Of a stretch of DNA of 64,000 bases, positions 12,673 to 29,500 are shown one piece after another. Numbering within the stretch: position 1 is the stretch's first letter; every line of letters starts with the position of its first letter. The notes under the pieces are model-generated. The model was not told where the DNA came from and did no database searches. It worked only from the letters and a program-made list of their open reading frames with translations. Both the position numbers and the translations under genes were made by a program. The stretch lies in the NCBI RefSeq assembly GCF_009914755.1, contig NC_060934.1. One strand, 5' to 3'. The DNA comes from the human T2T-CHM13v2.0 reference genome, Homo sapiens.

Positions 12673-15600
12673 TCTAGTTTTTATCTGAAGATGTTTCCTT
12701 TTTCAATGAAGGCCTCATTTCTCTCTGAAAGAAACCTTTCCAGATTCTTCAAAACAGTTTTTCCAAAATGCTGTATAAGAAGATAGATATGTTAAACTCT
12801 TCGTGTTGAATGCACACATCAAAATAGGTTTCTGAGATAGGCTTCATCTAGTTTTTATTCTGGGATATTCATTTTTTTGCCATTGGCCCCAATGAGGTCC
12901 CAAATGTCTGTTCACAAAATGGACACAAACAGTGTTTCCAAACAGATGAATCCAAAGAAAAGTTTATCTCTGTGCCATGCATGCACACATCTCAAAGCAG
13001 TTTCTCAGAACGCTTCTTTCTAGTTTTATCTGAGATGATTCCTTTTTTAAGATAGGCCTCAATGCTCTGAAATATCCCTTTGCAGATTACACAAAAACAG
13101 TTTTTCCAATCTGCTGAATGAAAAGAAAGGTTTAACTCTGTGAGAGGTATGCACACATCCCACAGCAGATTCTCAAATAGCTTAAGTGTACTTTTTATCC
13201 TGGGATATTCTATTTTTTGTCACTGGCCTCACTGAGCCCTCAAATGTCCATTAGCAAAATGGACAAAAGCACTCTTTCAACACTACTGAATTCAAAGAAA
13301 GTTTTAACTCTGTGAGATGAATGCACACATCACAAAGCAGTTTCTCAGAAAGTTTCTTTTTAGATTTTAACTGAAGATGAATCCTTTTTCACCATAGGCC
13401 TCAATATCACAGAAATATCCATTTCCAGATTCAATAAAAAAAGGGTTTCCAAATTACTGAATGAAAAGCATGGTTTAAATTTGTGAGATGAATGCCCACA
13501 ACACAAAGCAGTTTCTCAGATAGCTTCCTTGTAGTTTTTATTCAGGGATATTCCATTTTTCTCAATTGGCCTCAATGAGTTCCCAAACATCCTTTTGCTA
13601 AGTGGACAAAAACAGTGTTTCAAAACTGCTGAATCCATAGAAAGATTTAACTCTCTGAGCTGAATGCACACATCACAAAGCAGCTTCTCAGAAAGCTTCT
13701 GTCTAGTTTTCATCTGAAGATGTTTCCTATTTCACCATAGACCTCAATACTCTCCGAAATAACCCTTTGCATATTCTACAAAAATGGTCTTTCCAAACTG
13801 CTGAATGAAATAAAAAGTTTATCTCTGTGAAATGAATGCTCACATTGCAAAGTGCTTTCTCAGATAACTTCCTTCTAGTTTTAATCCCGGGATTTTCACT
13901 TTTTTGCCATGGCCTCAATGAGCTCCCAAATATCCATTCATAGAATGGACAAAAACAGTGTTTCCAAACTACTCAATGCAAAGAAAGTTTCAAATCTGTG
14001 AGGTAAATGCACACATTGCAAAGCAGTTTCTCGGAAAGCTCATTTCTGGTTTTTATCTTAAGATATTTCCTTTTTCATTGTAGTCCTCAATGATCTCCCA
14101 AATATCCCTATGCAGATTCAATAAAAACTAAGTTTCCAAAATACTGAAAGAAAAGAAAGATTTAACTGTGTGAGATGAATGCACACATCACATAGCAGTT
14201 ACACAGATATTTTCCATCTACTTGTTATCCTGGGATATCCCTTTTTCACCATTGGCATAAATGAGCTCCCAAATGGCTGTATGCAGAATGGACAAGAACA
14301 GTGTTTCCAAAGTGTTGAATCCAAAGTAACGTTTAACTCTCTGAGATGAATGCACACATCACAAAGCAGTTTCTCTGAAAGCTTCCTTCTAGCTTTTATC
14401 TGAAGATGTTTCCTTTTTCACCATAGGCCTCAATGCTCTAAGAAATGTCCCTTTGCAGTTTCTACAAAGACACTGTTTCCAAACTGTTGAATGATAAAGA
14501 ATGTTTAAATCTGTGAGATGAATGCACACATCACATGGCAGTTTCTCAGAAAGCCTCTGTCTACTTTTTATCCAGGGAAATTCTTTTTTTCTCCATTGGC
14601 CTCAATAAGCTCCCAAATGTCCATTAGCAGCATGGACAAAAACATTGTTTCCAAACTACTGAGTCAAAAGAAAAATTTATCTCTGTGAGATGAATGGACA
14701 CATCACAAAGCAGTTTCTCAGAAAGCTTCTTTCTACTTTTTATCTGAAGATGTTTCCTTTTTCACCATAGGCCTCAATGCTCTCCAAAATATCCCTTTGC
14801 AGATCCTACAAAAACACTGTTTCCAAAATGCTGTATGAAAAGTAAGTTTTAACTCTTCGAGATCAATGCACACATCACAAAGCGATTTCTCAGATAGCTT
14901 CCTTCTAGTATTTATCCTGGGATATTCGATTTTTCACCGTTAGGCTCAATGAACTCCCAAACTCCCATTCACAGAATGGACAAAAACAGTATTTCCAAAA
15001 TGCTGAATCCAAATAAAGGTTTAACTCAGTGAGATGAATGCACACATTACAAAGCAGTTTCTCAGAAAGGTTCTTTATACTTTTTATCTGAAGACGTTTC
15101 CTCTTCCAGCATATGCCTCAAAGCTCTCTGAAATATGCCTTTACCGATTCTACAAAAACCATGTTTCCAAACTGCAGAATCCAAAGAAAGGTTTAACTCT
15201 TTGAGATGAATGCACACATCAAAAAGCAGTTTCTCAGAAAGTTTCTTTCTAATTTTTAGATGAATATGTTTTCTTTTCCAACATAGGCCTCCATGCTCTC
15301 CAAAATATCCTGTTGCAGATTCTACAAAAAGAGTGTTTTGAAACAACTGAATGAAAAGTAAGGTTTGACTCTGAGAGATGAATGCACATATCACATAGCC
15401 CTTTCTCAGATAGATTCCTTCTAGTGTATATCCTGGGATATTCCCTTTTTTGCCATTGGCCTCAATGAGCTCCCAAATGTCCATTCACAGAATGGAAAAA
15501 ATAGTGTTTCCAAACTCCTGAATCTAAAGAAAGGTTTAACTCTGTCAGATGAATATACACAGTGCAAAGCAGTTTCTCTGAAATCTTCTTTCTAGTTTTT

Positions 15601-18600
15601 ATCTGTAGATGTTTCCTATTTCACCATAGGCCTGAAGGCTCACCAAAGTATCCCTATGCAGATTCTACAAAAACAGTGTTACCAAACTGTTGAATGAAAA
15701 GAGAGGTTGAACTCTGTAAGATGAATGGAGACATCATGAAATGGTTTCTCAGATAGCTTCCTTCGAGTTTTTATCCTGAAATATTCCCTTTTGCACCATG
15801 ACCTCAATGAGCTCGCAAATGTCCACTTCCAGAAGGAACAAAAACAGTGTTTCCAAACTACTGAATCCAAAGAAAGTTTTAAGTCTGTGAGATGAATGCA
15901 TGCATCACAAAGCATTTACTCAGGAAATTTCTTTCTAGTTATTTTCTGTAAGTGTTTCCTTTTCCAGCATAGGATGCAATGGTCTCTGAAATATCCCTTT
16001 GCAGATTCAACAAAAATAGTTTTCCAAACTGCTGAATCCAAAGAAAGGTTTAACTCTGTGAGATGAATGGACACATCACAAAGCACCTTCTCAGAATGCT
16101 TCTTTCTATTTTATCTGAAGATGTATCTTTTTTCACCACAGGCCACAATGCTCTCCAAAATATCCCTTTACAGTTTCTACACAATACTGTTTACAAACTG
16201 TTGAATGAACAGAAAAGTTTAAATCTGTGAGATGAATGTACAAATCACATAGAAGATTCTCAGATAGCTTCCATCTACTTTTTTCCAGGGATATTTGCTA
16301 ATTCCCCATCGGCCTAAATGAGATCAGAAATGACCATTTGCAGAATGGAAGAAAACAGTGTTTCCAAACGGCTGAATCCAAAGATATATTTAACTCTATG
16401 AGATGAATGCTGACATCACATAGCAGTCTCTCATATAGCTTCCGTCTTGCTTTTATCCTAGGATATTCGCTAATTCCCTGTTGGCTTCAATGAGCTCCAA
16501 AATGTCCATTTGCAGAATGGACAAAAACAATGTTTCCAAACTGCAGAATCCATAGAAAGCTTTAACTCTGTGAGATGAATGTACACATCTTAAAGGAGTA
16601 ACTCAAAGCATCTTTCTAGTTTTTATTTGAAGATATTTACTTTTCCAGCATAGACCTCAATGCTCTCTGAAAAATCCCTTTGCAGATTCTACAAAAGCAA
16701 TGTTTCCAAACTGCAAAATCCAAAGAAACTTCTAACTCTCTGAGTTGAATGCACACATGAGAAAGCAGTTTCTCAGAAAGCTTCTTTCTAGTTTTTATCT
16801 GAAGATGTTTACTTTTGCACCATAGGCCTCAATGCTCTCTGAAATATCCCTTTTCAGATTCAACAAAAACAGTGTCTCCAAACTGCTGAATGAAAAGGGA
16901 GGTTTAACTCTGTGAGATTAATGCACACATCACAGAGCAGTTTCTCAGAAAGCTTCCTTCTAGTTTTTATCCTGGGATATTTGCTTTTTGGCATTGGCCT
17001 CAAAGAGATCCCAAATATCCATTCCAAGAATGGACAAAAACAGTGTTTCCAAACTACTGAATCCAAAGAAATGTTTATCTCTGTGAGATGAATGCACACA
17101 TCAAAAAACGGTTTCCCAGAAAGCTTCCTTCTAGTTTTTATCTGAAGATATTTCCTTTTTCACCCTAGGCCTCAATGCTCTCTGAAATATCCCTTTGGAG
17201 ATTCTACAAACACAGTGTTTCCAACTACTGAATGAAAAGAAATGTATAATTCTGTGAGTGAGTTGAATGCACACATGACAAAGCAGTTTCTCAGATAGAT
17301 TCCTTGTAGTTTTTATCCTGGGATATTCACTTTTTCTCCATTGACCTCAATGAGCCCTCAAATGCCGAGTAGCAGAACGGATAAAAGGAGTTTTTCCAAA
17401 CTGTTGTATCCAAAGAATATTTTAACACTGTCAGATGAATGCATACATCAAAAACCACTTTCTCAGAAGGCTTCATTCTAGTTTTTATCTGAAGATGTTT
17501 CCTTTTGCCCATAGTCCTCAATTTTCTCTGAAATAAACCTTTGCAGATTCTACAAAAACAGTGTTTCCAAATTGCTGAAAGAAATGAAAGTTTTAATTCT
17601 GGAAAATGAATTCACCCATCACATAGCAATTTCTAAGATAGCTTCCTTCTACTTTTTATACTGGGATATCCATGTTTTCCCCATTGGCCACAATGAGTCA
17701 TCAAATGGCCTTTCACAGAATGGACAAAAACAGTGTTTCCAAACTGCTAAACCCAAAGAAAGTTTTAACTCTGAGATTAATGCTCACATCACAAAGTAGT
17801 TTCTAGGAAAATTTCTTTAAGTTTTTTATCTGAATATGTTTCCATTTCACCTTAGGCCTAAATGCTATCTGAAATATCCCTTTGGAGATATTACAAAAAG
17901 AGTGTTTCCAAACTGCTGAATGAAACGAAAGGTTTAACTCTGTGAGATGAATGCACACATCACATTGCAGTTTCTCAGATTCCTTCCATCTAGTTTTTGT
18001 CCTTGGATATTTGCTTTTTTGCCATTGACCTCAATGAGCTCCCAAATGTCCATTTGCCAAATGAAAAAAAATCCTCTTTCCAAACTCTTGAATCCAAAAA
18101 AAGTTTTAGTTCTGTGAGATGAATGTCCATATAACAAAGCAGTTTCTCAGGAACCTTCTTTCTAGTTTTTATCTGAAGATGTTTCCTATTTCACCATAGG
18201 CCTCAGTTCTCTCTGAAATACACCTTTGCACTTTCTACAAAAACAGTGTTTCCAAATTGCTGAATGAAAATAAAGGTTTACCTCTGAGAGATGAATGCAC
18301 ACATTGCAAAGCACTTTCTCAGACAGCCTCCTTATAGTTTTATCATGGGATAATCACGTTTTCACCATTGGGTTCAATGAGCTCCTAAATGTCCATTCAC
18401 AGAATGGACAAAAACACTTTCCAAACTGAGAAATCAAAGAAAGGTTTAACTCTGTGAGATGAATGCACTCATCACAAAGCAGTTTCTCTAAAACATTCTT
18501 TCTATTTTTATCTGAAGACATTTCCTTTCTCACAACAGGCCCCAATGCTATTCGAAGTATCCCTTTGCAGATTCTAAAAGAACAGTGTTTCCAAACTGCT

Positions 18601-20327
18601 GAAAGAAAGAAAGGTTTAAATCTGTGAGATGAATTCATGCATCAGGTAGCAGTTTCTCAGATAGCTTCCTTCTAGTTTTCATCCTTGGATATTTCCTTTT
18701 CTGTCTTTTGCCTCAATCAGCTCCCAAATGTCCATTCGAAGAATGGATAAAAGCAGTGTTTCCAAATTACTGAACCCAAAGAAAAGTTTAACTCTGTAAG
18801 ATGGATGCACACAGTTTCTCAGAAAGCTTTTTCCAGTTTTTATCTGAAGATATTTCCTTTTTCACCATAGGCCTCAATGCTCTCCAAAATATTACTTTGC
18901 TGCTTCTACAAAAACACTGCTTCCAAACTGTTGTATGAAAAAAAAAAAACCTTTAACTCTGTGAGGAGAATGCACACACCACAAAGCAGTTTATCAGATA
19001 GCTTCCTTCTAAATTTTGTCCTGGGATATTTGATTTTTTGCCTTTACCCATAGTGAACTCAAAAATGTCCATTCACAGAATGGACAAAAACACTCTTTCC
19101 AAACAACTGAATTCAAAGAAATGGCTAATTCTGTGAGATGAATGCACACATCACAAAGCAGTTTCTCAGAAGGCTTCTTTCTAGTTTTTATCTAAAGATG
19201 TTTCCTTTTTACCATAGGCTTCAATGCTGTCCAAAATATCCCTTTGGAGATACTAAAAAAAAACTGTATATCCAAACTGCTGAATGAAAAGAAAGGTTGA
19301 ACTTTGTGAGATGAGTGCACACATCACAAAGCAATTTCTCAGATAGCTTCCTTCTAGTTTTTACCCTGGGATATTCACTTTTTTGCCTTTAACCTCAATG
19401 AGTTCCCAAATGTCCAGTTGCAGAATGGACAAAAACGTGTTTCCAAACTACTGAATCCAAAGAAAGGTTTAAGTATGTGAGACGAATGCAGACATCACAA
19501 AGCAGTTTCTCAGAAAACTTCTTTCTTTTTTTTTCTGTAATTTTTTCCTTTTTCATCATAGTCCTCAATGCTCTCCAAAATATCCCCTTGCAGATTCTAC
19601 AATAACAGTGTTTCCAAACTGCTGAATGAAAAGAAAGTTTTATCTCTGTGAAATTAATGCAAACATCACATAGCAGTTTCTCAGATAGCTTCCATCTAGT
19701 TTTCATCCTGGGATATTCACTTTTTTGCCATTGGCCTCAATGAGCTCCCAAATGTCCATTTGCAGAATGGAAAAAAACTGTCTTTCCAAACTACTGAATC
19801 AAAAGAAAGGTTTCGCTCTGTCAGGTGAATGCACACATCATCCAGCAGTTTCTCAGAAAGCTTCTTTCTAGTTTTTATCTGAAGTTGTTTCCTTTTTCAC
19901 CATAGCCCCAGTCCCCTCCAAAATATCCCTTTGCAGATTCTACAAAAACAATGTTTCCAAACTGATGAATGAAAATAAAGTTTTAAAAATCTAAGGTGAA
20001 TGCACACATACTAAAGCAGTTTCTCAGATAACTTCCATTTATTTTTTATCCTTGGGTAATTCACTTTTTCGCCATTGGCCTCAATGAGTTTCCAAATGTC
20101 CATTCACAGTATGGACAAAAACAATTTATGCAAACTGCTGAGTTCAAAGAATGGTTTATCTCTGTGAGATGAATACAGACACCCCAAAGCAGTTTTTCAG
20201 AAAACTTATTTCTAGTTTTTGTCTGAAAATGTTTCCTTTTTCACCATAGTCCTCTATGCACTCCAAAATATCCCTTTGCAGACTCTATAAAAATGTTATT
20301 CCCAACTGCTGAATGAAAAGAACGATT
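12673..20327 (-). repeat. Alpha satellite, dimeric type, reverse orientation
   Basis: Continuous reverse-complement monomers in register with the block before the L1, with AATGTCCATTCACAGAATGGACAAAAAC in roughly every second unit. Confidence 0.97.
20315..20327. repeat. Target-site duplication of L1 #2, left copy
   Basis: GAAAAGAACGATT here versus GAAAAGAAAGGATT at 26,579-26,592 (8 bp exact, then one indel and one mismatch). Removing the L1 restores GCTGAATGAAAAGAAAGG.TTAACTCTG. Confidence 0.75.
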
Positions 20328-20328
20328 T

Positions 20329-21354
20329 GCAGGCAGTTTCAAGATCACCAAATAAGAACAGCTGCAGTATACAGCTCCCAGTGTGAGCGATGCAGAAAGT
20401 GGGTGATTTCTGCATTTCGAACTGAGGTACTGGGTTCATCTCAGTGGTGCTCATCAGGCAGTGGGTGCAGGAGAGTGGGTGCAGTGCACTGAGCATGAGC
20501 TGAAGCAGGGCGAGGCATCACTTCATGTGGGAAGTGCAAGGGGTCAGGGAATTCACTTTTCTAGCCAAGCAAAGCTGTGACAAAATCACCTGGAAAATCA
20601 GGTCATTCCAACCATAATACTGTGCTTTTCCAATGGTCTTAGCAAATGGCACACGAGGACGTTATATCCCATGCCCAGCTCTGAGGGTCCCACACCCACA
20701 GGGCCTCACTCATTGCTAGCACAGCAGTCTGAGATCGAACTGCAAGACAGCAGTGAGCCTGCAGGAGGGGCGCCCACCATTGCTGATGCTTGAGTAGATA
20801 CACAAAGGGGCCAGGAAGCTACAACTGGGTGGAGCCCACCGCAGCTCAAGGAGACCTGCCTGCCTCTTTGGACTCCACTTCTGGGGACAGGGCATAGCCA
20901 AACAAAAGGCAGCAGAACCCTCTGCAGACTTAAATGTCCCTGTCTGACAGCTTTGAAGAGAGTAGTGGTTCTCCCAGCATGGAGTTTGAAATCTGAGAAC
21001 AGACAGACTGCCTCCTCAAGTGGGTCCCTGACCCCTGAGTAGCCTAACTGGAAGGCACCCCTCAGTAAGGGAAGACAGACTTCTCACATGGCCCGGTAGC
21101 CCTCTGAGATGAAACTTCCAGAGGAAAGATCAGGCAGCAAATTCACTGTTCAGCAATATTCGCTGTTTTTCAGCCTCTGTTGCTGATACCCAGGCAAACA
21201 GGGTCTGGAGTGGACCTCCAGCAAACTCCAACAAGCATGCAACTGAGGATCCTGACAGCTAGAAGGAAAACAAACAAACAGAAAGGACATCCACACCAAA
21301 ACCCCATCTGTACGTCACCATCATCAAAGACAAAATGTAGATAAAACCACAAAG
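20329..21354 (+). promoter_or_regulatory. L1 5'UTR (internal sense and antisense promoter region), CpG-decayed
   Basis: GC-rich ~1.03 kb upstream of ORF1 with recognisable L1PA motifs and many CG to TG/CA changes. The YY1 motif CAAGATGGCC reads CAAGATCACC at 20,340-20,349. Confidence 0.85.
20706..20780 (-). pseudogene. L1 ORF0 remnant, premature stop after 24 codons
   Basis: The reverse strand from 20,780 translates as MVGAPPAGSLLSCSSISDCCASNE*, matching the ORF0 N-terminus (MAGAPPPASLPPCSLISDCCASNQR...). The Arg codon has become TGA. Confidence 0.75.
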
Positions 21355-22367
21355 ATAGGGAAAAAACAGAGCAGAAAAACTGAAAATTCTAAAAGTCAGA
21401 GCACCTCTCCTCCCCCAAAGGAACACAGCTCCTCACCAGCAATGGAACAAAGCTGGATTGAGGATGACTTTGATGAGCTGAGATAAGAAGGCTTTAGACA
21501 ATCAAACTTCTCCAAACTAAAGGATGAAATTCGAACCCATCCCAAAGAAGTTGAAAACCTTGAAAAATATTAGACGACTGGCTAACTAGAATAACCAATG
21601 CAGAGAAGTCCTTAAAGGACCTGATGGAGCTGAAAACCATGGCAAGAGAACTATGTGATGAATGCACAAGCTTCAGTAGCTGATTCGATCAACTGGAAGA
21701 AAGGGTATCAGTGATTGAAGATCAAATGAATGAAATGAAGTGAGAAGAGTAGTTTAGAGAAAAAAGAGGAAAGAGAAATGAACAAAGCCTCCAAGAAATA
21801 TGGGACTATGTGAAAAGACCAAATCTACATCTGATTGGTGTACCTGAAAGTGATGGGGAGAATGGAACCAAGTTGGAAAACACTCTGCAGTATATTATCC
21901 AGGAGAACTACCCCAACCTAGCAAGGTAGGCCATATTCAAATTCAGGAAATACAGAGAATAGCACAAAGATACTCCTCGAGAAGAGCAACTCCAATACAT
22001 AATTGTCAGATTCACCAAAGTTGAAATGAAGGAAAAAATGTTAAGGGCAACCAGCGAGAAATGTCGGGTTACTCACAAAGGGAAGACCATCAGACTAACA
22101 GCTCATTTCGTGGCAGAAATTCTACATGTCATAAGAGTGTGGGGGCCAATATTCAACATTGTTAAAGAAAAGAATTTTCAAAGCAGAATTTCATATCCAA
22201 CCAAACTAAGCATCATAAGTGAAGGAGAAATAATATACTTTACAGACAAGCAAATGCTGAGAGATTTTGTCAACACCAGGCCTGCCCCAAAAGAGCTCCT
22301 GAGGGAAGCACTAGACATGATAAGGAACAACTGGTATCGGCCACTGCAAAAACATGCCAAATTGTAA
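21355..22367 (+). pseudogene. L1 ORF1p pseudogene
   Basis: The start codon is mutated (ATAGGGAAAAAACAGAGCAGAAAAACT). There is a TGA at 21,681 within ECTSFSS-R-FDQLEE. The C-terminal ORF 22026-22367 (..WGPIFNIVKEKNFQSRISYP..YRPLQKHAKL) is ORF1p. Confidence 0.93.
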
Positions 22368-22430
22368 AGATCGTCAAGGCTAGGAAGAAACTGCATCAAC
22401 TAACGAGCAAAATAACCAACTAACATCATA

Positions 22431-26250
<3,820 letters not shown>

Positions 26251-26444
26251 ATAATGAGAACACTTGGACACAGGAAGTGGAACATCACACACCGGGGCCT
26301 TTTGTGGAGTGCAGGGAGGCGGGAGGGATAGCATTAGGTGACATACCTAATGTAAATGACGAGTTAACGGGTGCAGCACACCAACATGGCATATTTATAC
26401 ATAAACTTGCACATTGTGCACATTTACCCTAGAACTTTAAGTGT

Positions 26445-26578
26445 AAAATATATATATAATATATATATAAAATATATAGATTATATATAGTATATATATT
26501 ATATAGATAATATATATATATTATATAGATAATATATAATATATAATATATTATATAGATAATATATATATATATAAA
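26445..26578. repeat. Interrupted (TA)n microsatellite derived from the L1 poly(A) tail
   Basis: About 130 bp of almost pure TA between the L1 3' end and the TSD. Confidence 0.93.
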
Positions 26579-29500
26579 GAAAAGAAAGGATTAACTCTGC
26601 GAGATGAATGCACACATCACAAAGCAGTTTCTCAGATAACTTCCTTCCAGTTTTTATCCTGGGATATTCACTTTTTACCCATTGGTCTCAATGAGCTCTG
26701 AAATGTCCATTTGCATAATGGACAAAAACAGTGTTCCAAACTTCTGAATCCAAAAAAAGTTTAACTCCCTGAGATGAGTGCAGACATCACAAAGCAGTTT
26801 TTCAGGAAGTTTCTTTATAGTTATTATATGAAGATATTTCCTTTTTCACCATAGGCCTCAATGCTCTCTGAAATATCCCTTTGAGAATTCTAAAAAAGAG
26901 TGTTCCAAACTGTAGAATGAAAAGCAAGGTTTAATTCTGAAAGATGAATGCTAACATCACATAGAAGTTTCTCAGATAGCTTCCAGCTAGTTTTTATTGT
27001 GGGTTATTTACTTTTTCCCTATTGACCTCTATGAGCTCACAAATGTCCATTTGCAGAATGGAAAAAAAACAGTGTTTCCAAACTGCTAAATCCAAAGGAA
27101 GTTTTAACACTGTGAGATAAATGTGCACACCACAAAGCAGTTTCTCAGAAAGCTTCTTTCTAGTTTTTATCTGAAGATGTTTCCTATTTCACCATAGGCC
27201 ACAATACTCTCTGAAATATCACTTTGCAGATTCTACAAAAACAGTGTTTCCAAACTGCCGAATGAAAAGGAAGGTTTAACTCTGCAAGATGAATGCACAC
27301 ATCACGTAGCAGTGTCTCAGATAGTTTCCGTCTAATTTTTATCCTGGGATATTGGCTTTTTCCCCATTGGCCTAAATGGGCACCCAAATGTTCATTCACA
27401 GAATGGACAAAAACAGCGTTTCCAAACTGCTGAATTGACAGAGATTTAACTCTGTGAGACGAATGTATACATCACAAAGAAGTTTCTCATAAAGCTTCTT
27501 TTTGCTTTTTATCTGAAGATGTTTCCTACTTCACCATAGGATTCAATGCTCTCTGAAATATTCCTTTGCAGATTCTACAAAAATAGTGTTCCCAAACTGC
27601 TGAATGAAAGCAAAGTTTTAACTCTGTAAGATGTATGCACACATCACATAGCAGTTTCTCAGATACCTTCCATCTACTTTTTATCCTGGGATATTTGCTT
27701 TTTCTTTTTTGGCATCAATGAGATCCCCAATGTCCATTCGCAGAATGGACAAAAAATACTGTTTCCAAACTGATGAATCCAAAGGAAGGTTTAACACTTT
27801 GAGATAATGTGCACCTCACAAAGCAGTTTCTTAGAAACCATCTTTATATTTTTTATCTGAAGATGTTTCCATTTTCACCATAGGCTTCATGCTCTCTGAA
27901 ATACCCCTTTGCAGATTCTACAAAAACAGTGTTTCTAAACAACTGAATGGAAAGAAAGAGTTAATTCTACTAGATGAATGCATGCATCCCTTAGCAGATT
28001 CTCAGATAATTTCCATCTAATTTTTATCCTGGAATATTCGCTTTTTCACCATTGACCTCAATGAGCTCCCAAATATTCATTTGCAGAATGGACAGAAACA
28101 GTGTTTCCAAACTACTGAATTGACAGAAAGTTTTAACTCTGTGAGATGAATGCACACATCAAAAAGCAGTTTCTCAGAAAGCTTCCTTTTGGTTTTATCT
28201 GAAGATGTTTCCTTTTTCACCATAGGCCTCAAAGCTCTCTGAAATATACCTTTGCAGACTCTACAAAAAAAAAGTGTATCTAAACTGCTGAATGAAAAGA
28301 AAGTTTTAACTGTGTGAGATGAATGCACACATCACAAAGTGTTTCTCAGCTAGCTTCCTTCTTGTTTTTATCCTGTGATATTCACTCTTTCCCTGTTGGC
28401 CTCAAGGATCTCCCAAATGGCCATTCGCAGAATGGACAAAAATAGTGTTGCCAAATTGCTGAAACCAAAGAAAGGTTTAATTCTTTGAGATGAATGCACA
28501 CATCTCAAATCACTCTCTCAGAATATTCTTTCTAGTTATTATCTGAATATTATTTCTTTTTCACCATATGCCTCAATGCTCTCCAAAATATCCCTTTGCA
28601 GCTTCTCAAAAAACAGTGTTTCCCAACAGCTGAATGAAAAGAATGGTTTAACTCTGTGAAGTGAATGCAGACATCACAATGCGATTTCTCAGATGGCTTC
28701 CTTCTAGATTTTATCCAGGGATATTCGCTTTCCCACCATTGGCGTCAATGAGCTCCCAAATGTCCATTTGCACAGTGGACAAAAACAGTGTTTCAAAACT
28801 GCTCAATCAAAAGAATAGTTCAACTCTGTGAGATAAATGCACACATCACACAGAAGTTTCTCAGAAAGCTTCTGTCTAATTTTTATGCGAAGATATTTCC
28901 TTTTTCACCATATGCCTCAAGGAGCTCACAAATATCCCTTTGCAGATTCTACAAAAAGGCAGTTTCCAATCTGCTGAATGAAAAGAATGGTGTAACTCTG
29001 TGAGACGAATGCTCACATCACATAGCTGTTTCAGAGATAGTTTCTGTCTAGTTTTTATCCTGGGATATTCCTTTTTTCTCCTTTGGCCTAACTGAGCTCC
29101 CAAATGTCCATTTGCAGAATGGACAAAGACAATGTTTCCAAACTACTTAATCCAAGGAAAGGTTTAACTCTGTGAGATGAATGCACACATCACAAAGCAG
29201 TTTCTCAGAAAGCTTCTTTCTAGTTTTTATCTGAAGGTGAGTCCTTTTTCCCACAAGGCCACAATGCTCTCTGAAATACCCCTTTGCAATTCTACAAAAG
29301 CGATGTTTCCAAACTGCAGAATAAAAATCAATATTTAACTCTGTGAGATGAATGCAGACATCACATAGCAGTTTTTCAGATAGCTTCCTTCTAGTTTTAA
29401 TCCTGGGACATTTCCTTTTTTGCCATTGCCTCCAATGAGTTCTCAAATGTCCATTCACTGCAGGGACAAAAACAGTGTTTCCAAACTCCTGAATCCAAAG

